Below are positions 63,461-64,000 of a DNA stretch of 64,000 nucleotides, in pieces. This stretch comes from Mycobacteriales bacterium (GTDB lineage Bacteria > Actinomycetota > Actinomycetes > Mycobacteriales > DASULA01). How positions within the stretch are numbered: position 1 is the stretch's first letter; each line of letters begins with the position of its first letter. The position numbers and the translations under genes are program-made. The stretch lies in assembly GCA_036566245.1 (NCBI GenBank), contig DATCWR010000086.1, positions 3,139 through 67,138 on the forward strand. Reading direction: 5' to 3'. The notes under the pieces are model-generated. The model was given only the letters and a program-made list of their open reading frames with translations. It did no database searches and was not told the DNA's origin.

Positions 63461-64000
63461 ATGACAGCACGCCCCGCGGCCGGTGGTGGCCGATGGATCG
63501 AGGTGCCGCCCGAACGGCTGGCTCGCTGGCTCGACGGCTTCCACCAGCGCCACACGGTGACCCGGAGCGACCAGCACACCGATCTGGTTCGTTTCGTTGG
63601 CGCGGACGGCGCGTTCGCCGAGTGCCATCCGCCGTTCCCACCGCTGCCCCCGACGGTGCCCTCGGCACCGTCGAGGCCCGGTTTTCATCCCGGTCCGCTG
63701 GTTGACCACGCGTCGGTCGACCGCACCGTCGGGGTGCTGCTGGTCCGCGCCGGAGGACACGCGGTGGGGGTGTTCGAGGGCACCCGACTGGTGTCCTCCA
63801 AGGTTGGTTCACGGCTGGTACACGGCCGCAGTGCCGCCGGCGGCTGGTCACAACAGCGGTTCGCCCGTCGCCGCGAGGGGCAGTTGCGGGAGGCCCACGC
63901 GGCAGCGGCCAACGACGCGGCCCGGGTTCTGCTGCCCCAGGTGGACCACCTCGACGCCGTGGTGCTCGGCGGTGACCGACGGGCACTGGACACCCTCGGT
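63461..64000 (+). CDS. VLRF1/Vms1-like (actinobacterial acVLRF1-type) putative peptidyl-tRNA hydrolase (N-terminal 180 aa; runs off the right edge)
   Basis: Not in the ORF track because no stop lies in the window. MTARPAAGGGRWIEVPPERLARWLDGF...GVLLVRAGGHAVGVFEG.RLVSSKVGSRLVHGRSAAGGWSQQRFARRREGQ. The GGWSQQ loop resembles the release-factor-like Gln motif of this family as I remember it. Confidence 0.6.
   Translation, partial: MTARPAAGGGRWIEVPPERLARWLDGFHQRHTVTRSDQHTDLVRFVGADGAFAECHPPFPPLPPTVPSAPSRPGFHPGPLVDHASVDRTVGVLLVRAGGHAVGVFEGTRLVSSKVGSRLVHGRSAAGGWSQQRFARRREGQLREAHAAAANDAARVLLPQVDHLDAVVLGGDRRALDTLG

Overview
This is a high-GC (roughly 70%) actinobacterial chromosomal segment. It has an SsgB-like gene, several apparently leaderless starts and frequent GTGA start/stop couplings. 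It resembles a sporulating actinomycete, but I cannot assign it further by eye.

The backbone is housekeeping. It carries all three nucleotide-excision-repair genes: uvrC, uvrA and uvrB. uvrC is partial, runs off the left edge and is absent from the supplied ORF track. It also carries:
- the trehalose-from-glycogen genes treX/treY/treZ;
- the coproporphyrin-dependent haem genes hemE-hemY-chdC;
- a small zinc-ribbon gene, DUF3000, rnd, fadA-fadB and dxs;
- a xylFGH-like sugar ABC operon with a divergent ROK regulator and a second, orphan xylF paralog.

Accessory genes are interspersed:
- a drrAB-like exporter with DUF1048 and a MerR regulator;
- peptidases and hydrolases;
- a terC-pfkB operon behind a yybP-ykoY-like Mn riboswitch;
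- LigC and a stand-alone LigD-type polymerase gene;
- a secreted LTD-EEP nuclease;
- two two-component systems.

I saw no rRNA, tRNA, CRISPR array, IS element or phage genes. Most long ORFs on the strand opposite these genes are high-GC antisense artefacts.

The best candidate for something undescribed is at 39.7-43.3 kb. An ORF of 46 codons, too short for the ORF track, encodes a signal peptide plus a 16-residue tail. It is translationally coupled by GTGA overlaps to a polytopic GAF-like membrane protein and then to a histidine kinase with almost no extracellular loop. A NarL-type response regulator is transcribed divergently. This could be a peptide-sensing signalling module inserted into an otherwise conserved DUF3000/rnd neighbourhood.

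All functional calls come from reading the translations and motifs by eye. No database search was run.
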